Source: an uncultured Treponema sp. (GTDB lineage Bacteria > Spirochaetota > Spirochaetia > Treponematales > Treponemataceae). Taken from it: DNA of 52,078 nt. Positions 37,666 to 46,772 of the stretch are shown here, in pieces. Under the pieces are notes generated by a model. It did not search any database. It had not been told where the DNA came from and saw nothing but the letters and a program-made list of their open reading frames with translations. Each line of letters opens with the position of its first letter. Position 1 is the stretch's first letter. The position numbers and the translations under genes were made by a program. The stretch covers positions 1 to 52,078 of the forward strand of contig CAMWIU010000001.1 in NCBI GenBank assembly GCA_947174385.1, written 5' to 3'.

Positions 37666-38616
37666 TTACATTTCTTCGTAGATTTTTGAAGCGAGCAAAA
37701 GTTCGGGATGATATTCAAAATGCATATTGTCCCAAATTTCCCAGCGGCCGCCCCAAATAAAGCCTTCGTCTTCAAAAGCCTTGACGACGGCAGGAGGCGG
37801 CAGCCATCGATCCGCAAGCGGAATCATCATCCAGTCCGCATTGCCCTTTTGCTTTTCGTAGCCCCAATATACGATTTTCTTTTCCCAGCCACGCGGCAAA
37901 ATGTCCAGCGCGATTCCGTAGCTGTGAAATGATTTTGTCGGAGCATCGCGAATCTGCCGCCAATTATATCCCCAACACCTTCCAAGCGTCCGCAAAAATT
38001 CCGCCACTTCCGCGTCCGTTTCAGCAAGTTCGTAAACTTTTGCTTCCACGCGATCCACAACTTCGCCGACCATTCGATTCACGTTGAGCGATTTTCCCCA
38101 AAGCGTCATGCTGCGCAAATGCGTTTCGCTTGAATGCCGGGTCTCGCAATCATAAATCGCATCGAAAATAAATTTGGAAGAAACCGGCCCATTCTGGCGA
38201 TTTTCATCAGAACCATAATTTCGGATTCGCTGCTTTTCTTCTTCGGTGAAATTCGCAGGATCGCGCAACACGCGCCGATAATTGTGAATCACGCGATAAT
38301 AATGGTCGCGATTCGGAAGCTCTTCTTTTGGCAAATACAAACCGTCGCAATAATAAAGAATCGTCGTCTTGTCGTAGGAAGTCACCAAAAGTTTCATATC
38401 GTCAATTTCGTCATCGTATTGCAATTCAAATTCCGCGAACGGATACGCTTTGCAAAAAATTGAAAATTCTTCATTTACAGAAAGCTGACGAATTTTTTGA
38501 TTTGATTGCTCTCGCGCTTCCGCATCAGAATTTTTTTGATAACAAAAATTGAGTGAAGCAGAAAGCAAAATCGGGCAAAAAAGGAATGCCAGCAAAAAAA
38601 TATAAACGCGTTTCAT
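37666..38616 (-). CDS. Secreted M15-family D,D-carboxypeptidase-like metallopeptidase
   Basis: Signal peptide; SFHSYGIALDI and DNMHFEY Zn motifs; GFIWGGRW. Confidence 0.85.
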   Translation of the reverse strand: MKRVYIFLLAFLFCPILLSASLNFCYQKNSDAEAREQSNQKIRQLSVNEEFSIFCKAYPFAEFELQYDDEIDDMKLLVTSYDKTTILYYCDGLYLPKEELPNRDHYYRVIHNYRRVLRDPANFTEEEKQRIRNYGSDENRQNGPVSSKFIFDAIYDCETRHSSETHLRSMTLWGKSLNVNRMVGEVVDRVEAKVYELAETDAEVAEFLRTLGRCWGYNWRQIRDAPTKSFHSYGIALDILPRGWEKKIVYWGYEKQKGNADWMMIPLADRWLPPPAVVKAFEDEGFIWGGRWEIWDNMHFEYHPELLLASKIYEEM

Positions 38617-38634
38617 TTTTCATTCCAATTGTTT

Positions 38635-38782
38635 GGCGTGCCCGCTGCAAATTTTGCACGCACTCCGTGCTACCAAAACTCGCAGCGGTCGGGCTGCTAC
38701 GGGTTACGTTTCCACTCCATTCCGGCCGCCGCTAAAAGCGTCGTCCGGAACGCGCTCCGCGCGCCCTCCGCATCCCTCACGC
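38635..38782 (+). repeat. Intergenic repeat family B, copy 1
   Basis: GGCGTGCCC...CGGGCTGCTACGGGTT...TTCCGGCCGCCGC...GCGCCCTCCGCATCCCTCACGC shared with 46619-46756. Confidence 0.85.
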
Positions 38783-38803
38783 ATTCCATGCACTCGCGCG
38801 AAT

Positions 38804-40369
38804 TTAACTCCGCGAAGTTCTTCGCAAACGGACGCGCTCGATGTCTTCGCAGAAAAGCTCGCGCAAATCGTTCAAGCCAAGCGCCATCAAAGCCATCCTG
38901 TCAATTCCGATTCCCCACGCCGCAACGTGAACGTCTTCCGGAATTCCCATCGGCTTTGTGACTTCCGGCCGGAAAATGCCCGAGCCGCCCAGCTCAAACC
39001 AGCCCAATTTCGGATGCTTGATGTGAACTTCGATGCTTGGTTCGGTAAAAGGAAAATATCCGGGAACGTACTTCACTTCTTCCGCGCCTGCCACTTCCAC
39101 CGCGAACATTTCAAGCATTCCAAGCAGCGTCCGCAAATTCACTTCTTTTCCGAGAATGATTCCTTCGGTTTGATAGAAATCGCTCAAGTGAGTCGCGTCC
39201 ACTTTGTCGTAGCGGAAACAGCGGACTATGCCGAAATATTTTCCGGGAATTTTCGCCTTGTGCATTTGGTGCGCGGAAAGGACCGTGCCTTGGCTTCGCA
39301 AAATAAGCCGCTTCGTGAATTCGCGGTCAAACTGATAATTCCAGCCACGGCTTCCAGTGTCGCCGCCATCGCTGTGAACGGCCGCCACATTTCCAAGATA
39401 CGGCTCTTCAATGCTTTTCGCATGAGTGGGATTTTTTATGCGATAAACATCGTGAATGTCGCGGGCGGCATGGAATTGCGGCATAAAAAGCGCGTCGCCA
39501 TTCCAAAATTCGGTTTCCACGAGCGGCCCGTCGAATTCCTCGAAGCCGAGCGAACAAAGCCTGTCCTTGACGCTTTCCAAAAACTGGACGTAAGGATTCG
39601 TGCGCCCCGGAATGATTCGCGCGGGCGGAACGGAAATATTATATGCGCGAAAAGTTCCGCGCTTCCATTCTCCGCTCGAAAGCATTGTCGGAGTTATTTC
39701 ACCAATTTCATTTCCAGTGATGCCCGCGCTTTTCAAAGCCTCCGCGATTTTTTCGAACGCCTGCTGGAGTTTGTATGTCACGGTTTCGCGCTCAATCGTG
39801 CGGAACGGAGTTTCGCTGATTCCGCGCTTTTTGGTGAGAGTCGCCATCACTTCGATTTCAGACTTCGACAAATCCGCTGCATCAAGCGTGGCGTTTTCCG
39901 CAGCCATGGCTTTTTCAATCAAATTCTTCGCTACGGAAATTCTTTCGGGCAAAGGCGCGCCGAAATATTCGGCTTTTTTTTCGCCGTTCAGTTTGAGAAC
40001 GCCGTCTTTTGAAAGCGCGCCGAACGCCGAGCCAACATCCTTGTTTTCAATTCCGAGGGCGGCGGCAATTTCGGGCAAGGTTTTCGCGCCCTGCTCTTTG
40101 AGAAGAGAAACGATTTTTTCTTCGACAAAACCTTCGTCGTGAACTTTACGACCAAATTCGCTCAGCTCAAAATAAGTGTGCGGCGTGCGCCTCACTTCCG
40201 CCAAAAGCTGCTTTCCTGCAAGCCAGCTGAACGCCTGGTTCGCATGCCCCGCTTTGTAGCCCAACTCCGTCTGAAGTTTTGCCGCCGTCAATTCGTCATT
40301 CAGTCCGTAACGAAGCAAAACCTTCGTCTCAAGCGGATGAAGGTTTTTGATTATGTTAGAGATATCCAT
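38804..40369 (-). CDS. pheS: Phenylalanine-tRNA ligase alpha subunit (long archaeal/spirochaete type)
   Basis: EFWNGDALFMPQFHAARD, FRYDKVDATH, YFPFTEPS, AWGIGIDR; extended N-terminus. Confidence 0.95.
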   Translation of the reverse strand: MDISNIIKNLHPLETKVLLRYGLNDELTAAKLQTELGYKAGHANQAFSWLAGKQLLAEVRRTPHTYFELSEFGRKVHDEGFVEEKIVSLLKEQGAKTLPEIAAALGIENKDVGSAFGALSKDGVLKLNGEKKAEYFGAPLPERISVAKNLIEKAMAAENATLDAADLSKSEIEVMATLTKKRGISETPFRTIERETVTYKLQQAFEKIAEALKSAGITGNEIGEITPTMLSSGEWKRGTFRAYNISVPPARIIPGRTNPYVQFLESVKDRLCSLGFEEFDGPLVETEFWNGDALFMPQFHAARDIHDVYRIKNPTHAKSIEEPYLGNVAAVHSDGGDTGSRGWNYQFDREFTKRLILRSQGTVLSAHQMHKAKIPGKYFGIVRCFRYDKVDATHLSDFYQTEGIILGKEVNLRTLLGMLEMFAVEVAGAEEVKYVPGYFPFTEPSIEVHIKHPKLGWFELGGSGIFRPEVTKPMGIPEDVHVAAWGIGIDRMALMALGLNDLRELFCEDIERVRLRRTSRS

Positions 40370-40521
40370 TTTTAAAATTTAATTCCCGCATTTAAAATCA
40401 ACAAAGCCCGACGCAATTCGCAATGAAATTTCCAGCGAAGCGTCGGCGTATGTTGTTCTCATAAGGTATCGCAGTTACTTGCGCAAGCCGCGAAAGCGGC
40501 TTGTTCTCTGCGCACTTAAAC

Positions 40522-40941
40522 TTATTCTTGGTCTTCGCTCACCACGTTGAAGTTATTTCGCGTCCTGTCAAGGAATTTCACGTGCGACATATATGTCGCT
40601 CTTTTCAAGCCGCGAGAATCCTTTTTATAGGAAGTGCGATCCTTTTTGAGATACTTGTAGCTGAGATATCCCTTTTGAATCATAAAATCGTTCAAGCATT
40701 GGTGAATCGTCTCACGCGCTTCATCCTCTTTGAACGAAACTTCAAGGCATGAGTAGTAAATGCGCACCTCGTCCAAGCCTTCGATATACTCGATTCTGAC
40801 TTGAGCCGTCTTGTTCTGCACATGCTGGTTTTCTGGAACAATTGTCTGAACAGACATATCCAACGACGCGCCGCCATCATCCTGCGCAAATGCAAAAGCA
40901 GAGAGCATTGCCACCGCAAAGACAACAAAAATTTTTTTCAT
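40522..40941 (-). CDS. Hypothetical secreted protein
   Basis: AGGAGG SD; signal peptide ending AFA-Q. Confidence 0.75.
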   Translation of the reverse strand: MKKIFVVFAVAMLSAFAFAQDDGGASLDMSVQTIVPENQHVQNKTAQVRIEYIEGLDEVRIYYSCLEVSFKEDEARETIHQCLNDFMIQKGYLSYKYLKKDRTSYKKDSRGLKRATYMSHVKFLDRTRNNFNVVSEDQE

Positions 40942-40951
40942 AATGAACCTC

Positions 40952-41662
40952 CTAAAACTGGCTGTATTCTATTATTTTACCGATTTGCAGAAAAAAATCA
41001 AGTTGAATTTGATATTTTCCTGATTTTATCAATATTGCCGGGACTTTGTTCACGAGCACCTTTCCTGTAATTCGCTTCGGCTTATTTTTCACGATTTTTC
41101 TGAAATACGTCCGCACTGCGTCTTTCAAAGCGTTTTCTGCCGCCTCTTGAATTCCTTCAAATCCTTTGGAAACGTCTCCGCCGCCCAAACCCAAAATGCG
41201 CGGATTTTTTATGTCGGACCACTGATTGTAAGAAATGATCATCGCTTCGCTTCGCTCGAACGAAACCCAGCAATGAACCTTGCTTTCGTCAAACCATGGA
41301 TTTTCGTATTTGATGAATTTCACTTCGTTTTCAAACGGACGGATTTCTTTAAACTCGAAAAATTCTTTTACGCCGCGCGCTTTGTCGGAAGGCGTGTAGT
41401 CGAACTCCCAGCCGTAAACCATTCCGCCGAGCAAAAATGGCGTGATTTTTTTCATCTCGCGGACGGCATGCGCGAAAATCGGCTCGTCGTAATCAATTGA
41501 AACCGAATTCGAGTCCGCATCGTCCGCCGGATGCAAGCCAGGATAAGCGTCCAATTCCGCCCAAAGCGGAAGGCGGATTTTTCTTTGGAACGAAACTTCT
41601 TGCGCGAAAATCATTCCGAAAAAAACGAGGAAAATAAATTTTATCGCCAGGCGTTTTTCCAT
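40952..41662 (-). CDS. Hypothetical exported protein
   Basis: Signal-like N-terminus; overlaps the rhomboid stop in operon fashion; GMVYGWEFDYTPSDKARGV. Confidence 0.7.
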   Translation of the reverse strand: MEKRLAIKFIFLVFFGMIFAQEVSFQRKIRLPLWAELDAYPGLHPADDADSNSVSIDYDEPIFAHAVREMKKITPFLLGGMVYGWEFDYTPSDKARGVKEFFEFKEIRPFENEVKFIKYENPWFDESKVHCWVSFERSEAMIISYNQWSDIKNPRILGLGGGDVSKGFEGIQEAAENALKDAVRTYFRKIVKNKPKRITGKVLVNKVPAILIKSGKYQIQLDFFLQIGKIIEYSQF

Positions 41663-42282
41663 ACTTTTATCGGATTGATTCCAAATCGTGCCAAACAATA
41701 AATCCATGCGGCGACAAATCCGCTCAAATGAGTCAAATGCGCCACGCCTTGATTCCGCCCGAACATTTCGTCATAAATCGAAATGCCGGCGTAGATTACA
41801 ACCAAAAGCGGCGCGGGCACAGGAATAATTCCAAATATAAAAACACGCGAAGTGGGAAAAATTACAGAAAAAAGCAAAAGCACCGAATAAACCGCGCCGC
41901 TTGCGCCCACAAGCACCACGCCCCAAACGCCGCCCAAAACATAAAGCGCGAGCGAAAACGCGCCGCAGACAATTCCGCACAAAATGTAAAAAAGCAAGAA
42001 TTCGTTCGAGCCGATTTTCCTTTCGCAAATTATTCCGAAAACCAAAAGCCCGAACATATTGCTGATCAAATGCATCCACGAGCCGTGCATGAACATATAG
42101 GTGAAAATCTGCCAATAATAATGTTCGCGCACGAAAAGAATCGGCTGCAATCCGAAAATCATCGACGCATCATAATTTCTGCCGCAGCCCGTAAAAATAA
42201 ACGCCAGCACGTTTATCGCAGCCAAAATTATCGTGGCGTAATAAAAATTGTAAGGAAGCCTTTTGCGTAAAATATTGCCCAT
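41641..42282 (-). CDS. Rhomboid intramembrane serine protease
   Basis: FMHGSWMHLISNM, GASG, AHLTHLSG. Confidence 0.92.
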   Translation of the reverse strand: MGNILRKRLPYNFYYATIILAAINVLAFIFTGCGRNYDASMIFGLQPILFVREHYYWQIFTYMFMHGSWMHLISNMFGLLVFGIICERKIGSNEFLLFYILCGIVCGAFSLALYVLGGVWGVVLVGASGAVYSVLLLFSVIFPTSRVFIFGIIPVPAPLLVVIYAGISIYDEMFGRNQGVAHLTHLSGFVAAWIYCLARFGINPIKVWKNAWR

Positions 42283-42284
42283 AA

Positions 42285-43388
42285 TTATTTTTCTTTCGCG
42301 GAAGATTCGCTGGACGCGGCATTGCTTCGAATCTGTTCGTCAGCAAAAGTGATTCTGTTCCTGCCGCTATTTTTGGAAACATACAAGGCTTGGTCGGCCT
42401 GCTCCACCAATTCCTTCGCGCTTTTCACAGGATTCACGTCGGCTTTATAAACGGAAACTCCGCCCGAAATTGTAACGTGCATGTATTGACCTTCGTAGAC
42501 AATTTCCATTTTTTCGACATTCTTTCGGATTCGTTCGGCAACCGCGAGCGCGTTGTCCTTGTCCGTGTTCGGAAGCATCACTGTGAATTCTTCACCGCCA
42601 TAACGACTCGCCACATCCTGCTGGCGAATGCTCGACCTGATGATTTTTGAAACCGCAATCAAAACATAGTCGCCGCAAGCGTGTCCGTAAGTGTCATTGA
42701 AACTTTTGAAATGATCGATGTCGAACATAATCACGCCCACTTCCAAATTCTGCGCGATAGACTGATCGAGCTTGTCGGAAAGCACATTGAAAAAGAAATA
42801 TTTCAATTTCAAATGCGTCATCATATCAGTGGAAGAGCGTTCCAAAAGCGTGGCGTTGCTGATTGCCATGCTAACAAGAGAAGCAATCGTTATGATTTGG
42901 CTCACATCATATTCGCTGTAATCCGTGCCGTGTCCCAAATCCATTCGTTCCGCCAAAAGCAGAATTCCATTGATTCGATTTTTTTGGAAAAGCGGCACCA
43001 CCAGCGAAGGCTCGAGCGAATAAATTTCTTCAAGGCTTTCGTTGGGCAGTGCGAGTTTCAAATCAGCCACGGAAAAAACTTTTCCTGTTTGAGCCAAAAA
43101 TTCAATCAAAGGATGATCGTATGGAATGACATATTCGATTTGGCTGTCCAAATCCATTCCGGTATAATTCGTTCCCAAAATGAAATTGTTGCTTTCCACA
43201 TCATCGAACACGAAAATGCCCGCGCCCAAAACATGCATTTGGCTCATGCAAGTATAAAGAATTGATTCGACAAGCGCGGGAAAATCCAACGTAGAACAAA
43301 GCAGGCGCGCAATTTCCAAAAGTTGCTGCGAATCATAGAGACGCTTTTCGTAATCGGGAGTAATTTCTATTTCGGTTTTTTCTTCCAT
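42285..43388 (-). CDS. GAF-GGDEF diguanylate cyclase (Treponema DgcA type)
   Basis: GAF-like N-terminus; DIDHFKSFNDTYGH, RQQD I-site, RYGGEEF. Confidence 0.9.
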   Translation of the reverse strand: MEEKTEIEITPDYEKRLYDSQQLLEIARLLCSTLDFPALVESILYTCMSQMHVLGAGIFVFDDVESNNFILGTNYTGMDLDSQIEYVIPYDHPLIEFLAQTGKVFSVADLKLALPNESLEEIYSLEPSLVVPLFQKNRINGILLLAERMDLGHGTDYSEYDVSQIITIASLVSMAISNATLLERSSTDMMTHLKLKYFFFNVLSDKLDQSIAQNLEVGVIMFDIDHFKSFNDTYGHACGDYVLIAVSKIIRSSIRQQDVASRYGGEEFTVMLPNTDKDNALAVAERIRKNVEKMEIVYEGQYMHVTISGGVSVYKADVNPVKSAKELVEQADQALYVSKNSGRNRITFADEQIRSNAASSESSAKEK

Positions 43389-43496
43389 AATTTCTCTTCC
43401 TTCAAAATTAAGCGTCGCATTAAGTTCGCTTAAAACTTCGAATTCAAAATTGCCAGCGACAATTTCAAACATTCCTCAACCAAAATTCCACGGCCA

Positions 43497-45089
43497 CTAT
43501 TCTTTTTTCACTTTTTTTATTATAACATAGTTTTTAAGAATTTCAAAGAAAACTTTCCAAAGAGGAAATTGCAATTCAAGCATTGAAGTCGTTTCCCTAT
43601 TCCTCGAAGAAAACATAATGCTTTTCAAATTCGTAATAATTTCGCTCGAAGAACGTTTCGCGTCCTGCAAAAAGTCACCCAAATCGGAATGAAGCACATT
43701 CAACAAAGTGGCGGTTTTTTGAATGATTTCTTTCACCTCGCTGTTGGCGGAATCGATAAGCGCGGTGAGCTTTCTTCCAAAATCCGAATCCTTGTGACTG
43801 TCGTTGATGTAACTTTTTATCACGCCCACGCTATATCTTTGACCGTCACCAAACGCGCTCTCAAATTGCGAAATCAAATTCGTGCTGTCATTGAGCGAAT
43901 AAACCAATTGCGAAAAATTGCTTTTCTTCGTGGGATTCGTGAAAAGACCTTCCACAACTATGTCGTTCAAAAGATTGCGCAAACTTTCGCCATAATAAAT
44001 CTTGAGAAAAGTTTTCAGGATTTGCAGCGGCACAATCCACATAAAATTTGAAGGCGAATTGTTGGCGATGATTTCCATAGTTTCCTTGGAATAGCCGATG
44101 AGCGTTTCCATTTTTCCGTCCGGAAAAAGTTCCGACAATTCCTGCTTGACTTGAGAATTTTTCAGCTCGTTGCGAATGTGAAGTTCGTCGGACTGAAATT
44201 TTTCCTGAAGCTTTTCGGCGAATTTTTTGCAGACATTTTCTTCGTAGCTCGCTTTTTGCGGAACGAAATTCGGATCGCCTTTTGAAAGCCGAATAATCTT
44301 GAACAAAGTTTCGGCATCGAGCGGATTTTTGAGCACGGCGCGAATCCTGCGCAGATTTTGCAAAAGTTCCTTTTTCGTGCGCAAATCATTTTCTTTATCG
44401 TTCAAAAGCTGATTTAGAGCCAAAATCGCGTTTCCCATCGGCATCGTAACTTGAAAATCTGCGGTGAGATAATAAAGATCCATCAAAATATTTTCGAACG
44501 TAGTAAGCGGCAGCGGCTGATATTCAGGAACAAAATCCTCTTCGTCGTGATGCTTGGCAAACCTTGCGTCAAACAATTGAAGCGGCGTGATGAAATTGAA
44601 ATGGCACAAATCCGAAAGTTGCTTGAGATTTGCAATCACATCGTCCATTTTGGAAAATTGCGGCTCTTTCAAATCCGCCACCACTTTTTCCAAATTGTGC
44701 TTTTGCAATTCAAACGCCTTGTGTTCGCTCATTTCGGAATCGCCGCTCAAGGCTTGCAGGCGATTTTCATAGGAAAGCGATTCAAGGATTTTCTTGTCCT
44801 CGTCGCTGTAGCCCGTGATAATCAGTTCCTGCTCAAAACTTCGGTTGCGCTTCACGTCTCCGCTTGTTATCGTGTTGTCGAGGATTTTCGAAATCGGACG
44901 CAAATTCATATAAAGAATTCGCAACGCTTCGGCAAAATTCGGCTGCAAAAGATCGCCTTTGTAAATTCCCGAAGGATGCATGCGAAGCTCGGATTCAAGT
45001 TTTCGCAATTTGTTTCGCTTTTGCACTTCAGGCGAATTGCTATGGAAAATGTTTTCGAAAAAATTTTTTATCGCCTGGATTATCGACAT
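43497..45089 (-). CDS. Spirochaete conserved protein (DUF5312-like)
   Basis: Long helical ORF with host-like codons; family recalled from memory, not searched. Confidence 0.6.
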   Translation of the reverse strand: MSIIQAIKNFFENIFHSNSPEVQKRNKLRKLESELRMHPSGIYKGDLLQPNFAEALRILYMNLRPISKILDNTITSGDVKRNRSFEQELIITGYSDEDKKILESLSYENRLQALSGDSEMSEHKAFELQKHNLEKVVADLKEPQFSKMDDVIANLKQLSDLCHFNFITPLQLFDARFAKHHDEEDFVPEYQPLPLTTFENILMDLYYLTADFQVTMPMGNAILALNQLLNDKENDLRTKKELLQNLRRIRAVLKNPLDAETLFKIIRLSKGDPNFVPQKASYEENVCKKFAEKLQEKFQSDELHIRNELKNSQVKQELSELFPDGKMETLIGYSKETMEIIANNSPSNFMWIVPLQILKTFLKIYYGESLRNLLNDIVVEGLFTNPTKKSNFSQLVYSLNDSTNLISQFESAFGDGQRYSVGVIKSYINDSHKDSDFGRKLTALIDSANSEVKEIIQKTATLLNVLHSDLGDFLQDAKRSSSEIITNLKSIMFSSRNRETTSMLELQFPLWKVFFEILKNYVIIKKVKKE

Positions 45090-45182
45090 AATTTTAATTG
45101 TACCATAAAAACGCGCCTCGTGCAACTGCTTTTTGAAAAATCCGAATTCATCAAATAAAATGTAGCGATTGCGAAAAACACG

Positions 45183-46184
45183 TCAAGTCGCAGTTCCGCA
45201 ATGAATCCAAGTGAGTTCGTGCTTGTTGTAATTCAAGTGGACGACGCGGCTGTTTTCGATCGCGGCGAATTTTTCCACCGCGTCCCAATTTATTCCGCCT
45301 TGCATTTTTATCGTGCAAATCATATTTTTCGCAAGGCCGCTTTCAAGCCATTCTTGCGTCCATTCGAAAAGCCGCTCAGGATAGCAAATCACGTCGCTGA
45401 AAACCCAATCGCATTTTCCGATTTGCTCGGGCGAAAGCGTGAACGCATCGTGTGCCAAAAATTCCACGCATGGATTTTTCATCAAACGCGCGTCCAATTC
45501 CGCGCGATCCACGGCAAGAACGCTCGCGCCCAAATTCGCCAAAACCCAAGTCCATCCGCCAGGCGCGGCTCCGCATTCAAAACATCGCGTTCCTTCTCCT
45601 GGAAATTCCACGCCGAAAAAATTGTTCGCAAGCACCAAGGCTTCCTGCAATTTCAAATACGCGCGGCTCGGCGGCTCAACGTGATTTTCCTTGAAGACGA
45701 TTTTTCCCGCCGGCAAAAAGCTCGAAGTTTTCGCGCTCGCCAAAATCATGTGCTCGTCCAAAAGCGTCCAAAGCCCGATCGGGCTTCGAGGAATTTTCAC
45801 GGGAAAATATCGCGCCGAAAAATTTATGTAAGGCAATTTTTTTTGAATCAATTCCGCACGGCGAAAAAACTGAAATTGATAAGAAGCCCAATTCCGCTGA
45901 ATGCCTTTCAGCGCGGCGGCCGCTTCGCCGATGGATTCAAAGCGCAGCAAAAAAGGCTCGAGCATTTGATCTCGCGCGAAAAAAATATTTTTTTTCAAAT
46001 CGCAATTTTCGCAATTTTGCGCCGCAGAATTTTCCGGAAAATTTTTAAAATAAATCAACTCGCCAAAATTTTCGCAAGGCAAATCGATTTTCAATCTTTC
46101 GGCAAGTTCGGATTTTAGAAAATTTTCCGCGCCCTCGAACGGCAAAAGCGCGCGCCCCGAAATTTTTTCTACAGAAGCTGGCAT
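45183..46184 (-). CDS. RlmM/FtsJ-like SAM-dependent RNA methyltransferase
   Basis: PPSRAYLKLQEA, CGAAPGGWTW, DWVFSDV, HNKHE-like YNKHELT. Confidence 0.8.
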   Translation of the reverse strand: MPASVEKISGRALLPFEGAENFLKSELAERLKIDLPCENFGELIYFKNFPENSAAQNCENCDLKKNIFFARDQMLEPFLLRFESIGEAAAALKGIQRNWASYQFQFFRRAELIQKKLPYINFSARYFPVKIPRSPIGLWTLLDEHMILASAKTSSFLPAGKIVFKENHVEPPSRAYLKLQEALVLANNFFGVEFPGEGTRCFECGAAPGGWTWVLANLGASVLAVDRAELDARLMKNPCVEFLAHDAFTLSPEQIGKCDWVFSDVICYPERLFEWTQEWLESGLAKNMICTIKMQGGINWDAVEKFAAIENSRVVHLNYNKHELTWIHCGTAT

Positions 46185-46552
46185 TGAGAATCTACGATTT
46201 GATTTTGGGATTTTTTTTCGTCGCCGAAATTCTTGTCCAGGCGCGAAACATATTTTGTGAATTTTTCGGAATCAGGCGAACGCAAAACGGACATTCCCAC
46301 GGAAGTTTTTCCGCTGTCTTCTTTTACCCAGGCAGGACAGCAAATCAAAGTGATGGAATCGTCCTCGCTGTCCGAAATCTGAAGCGCAACTTCATATTCG
46401 TCTTCAAGGCGGACAGTCACGGGCAGGTTATAAAATATTTTACAACCGTGCAAACTCACATCGAGCAAACTGCCGCTGAGAGGAGAAAGTTCTTTGCAAT
46501 GAACGCGCCCCAAAACTTCAAAGCGCGGATTCCGGCGTTTTTCCAAGCGCAT
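46169..46552 (-). CDS. Stand-alone PilZ-domain protein
   Basis: RxxxR (RRNPR) and DxSxxG (DVSLHG) motifs. Confidence 0.85.
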   Translation of the reverse strand: MRLEKRRNPRFEVLGRVHCKELSPLSGSLLDVSLHGCKIFYNLPVTVRLEDEYEVALQISDSEDDSITLICCPAWVKEDSGKTSVGMSVLRSPDSEKFTKYVSRLDKNFGDEKKSQNQIVDSQCQLL

Positions 46553-46618
46553 ACCAAATTATGCACGAAAATCAAAACAAAGTCAAGTGCGCAAAACGAA
46601 TTGCTTCGTTATGATATG

Positions 46619-46756
46619 GGCGTGCCCCGCGCGCGAGTTTTGAAGCGAAGCGAAAAAATCGCGCGCGGGGCGGGCTGCTACGGGTTGCGTTATCACTTCA
46701 TTCCGGCCGCCGCCAAAAGCGTCGTCCGGAACTTGCGCCCTCCGCATCCCTCACGC
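46619..46756 (+). repeat. Intergenic repeat family B, copy 2
   Basis: Shared core with 38635-38782, different internal hairpin. Confidence 0.85.
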
Positions 46757-46772
46757 GAAAAACATTTTTCAC

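Noticed and set aside
38633-40012. 459-aa plus-strand ORF
   Set aside because: Antisense shadow of pheS that starts inside repeat B; no motifs or SD
38804-40369. Archaeal-like PheS without adjacent pheT
   Set aside because: An established spirochaete trait, not novel
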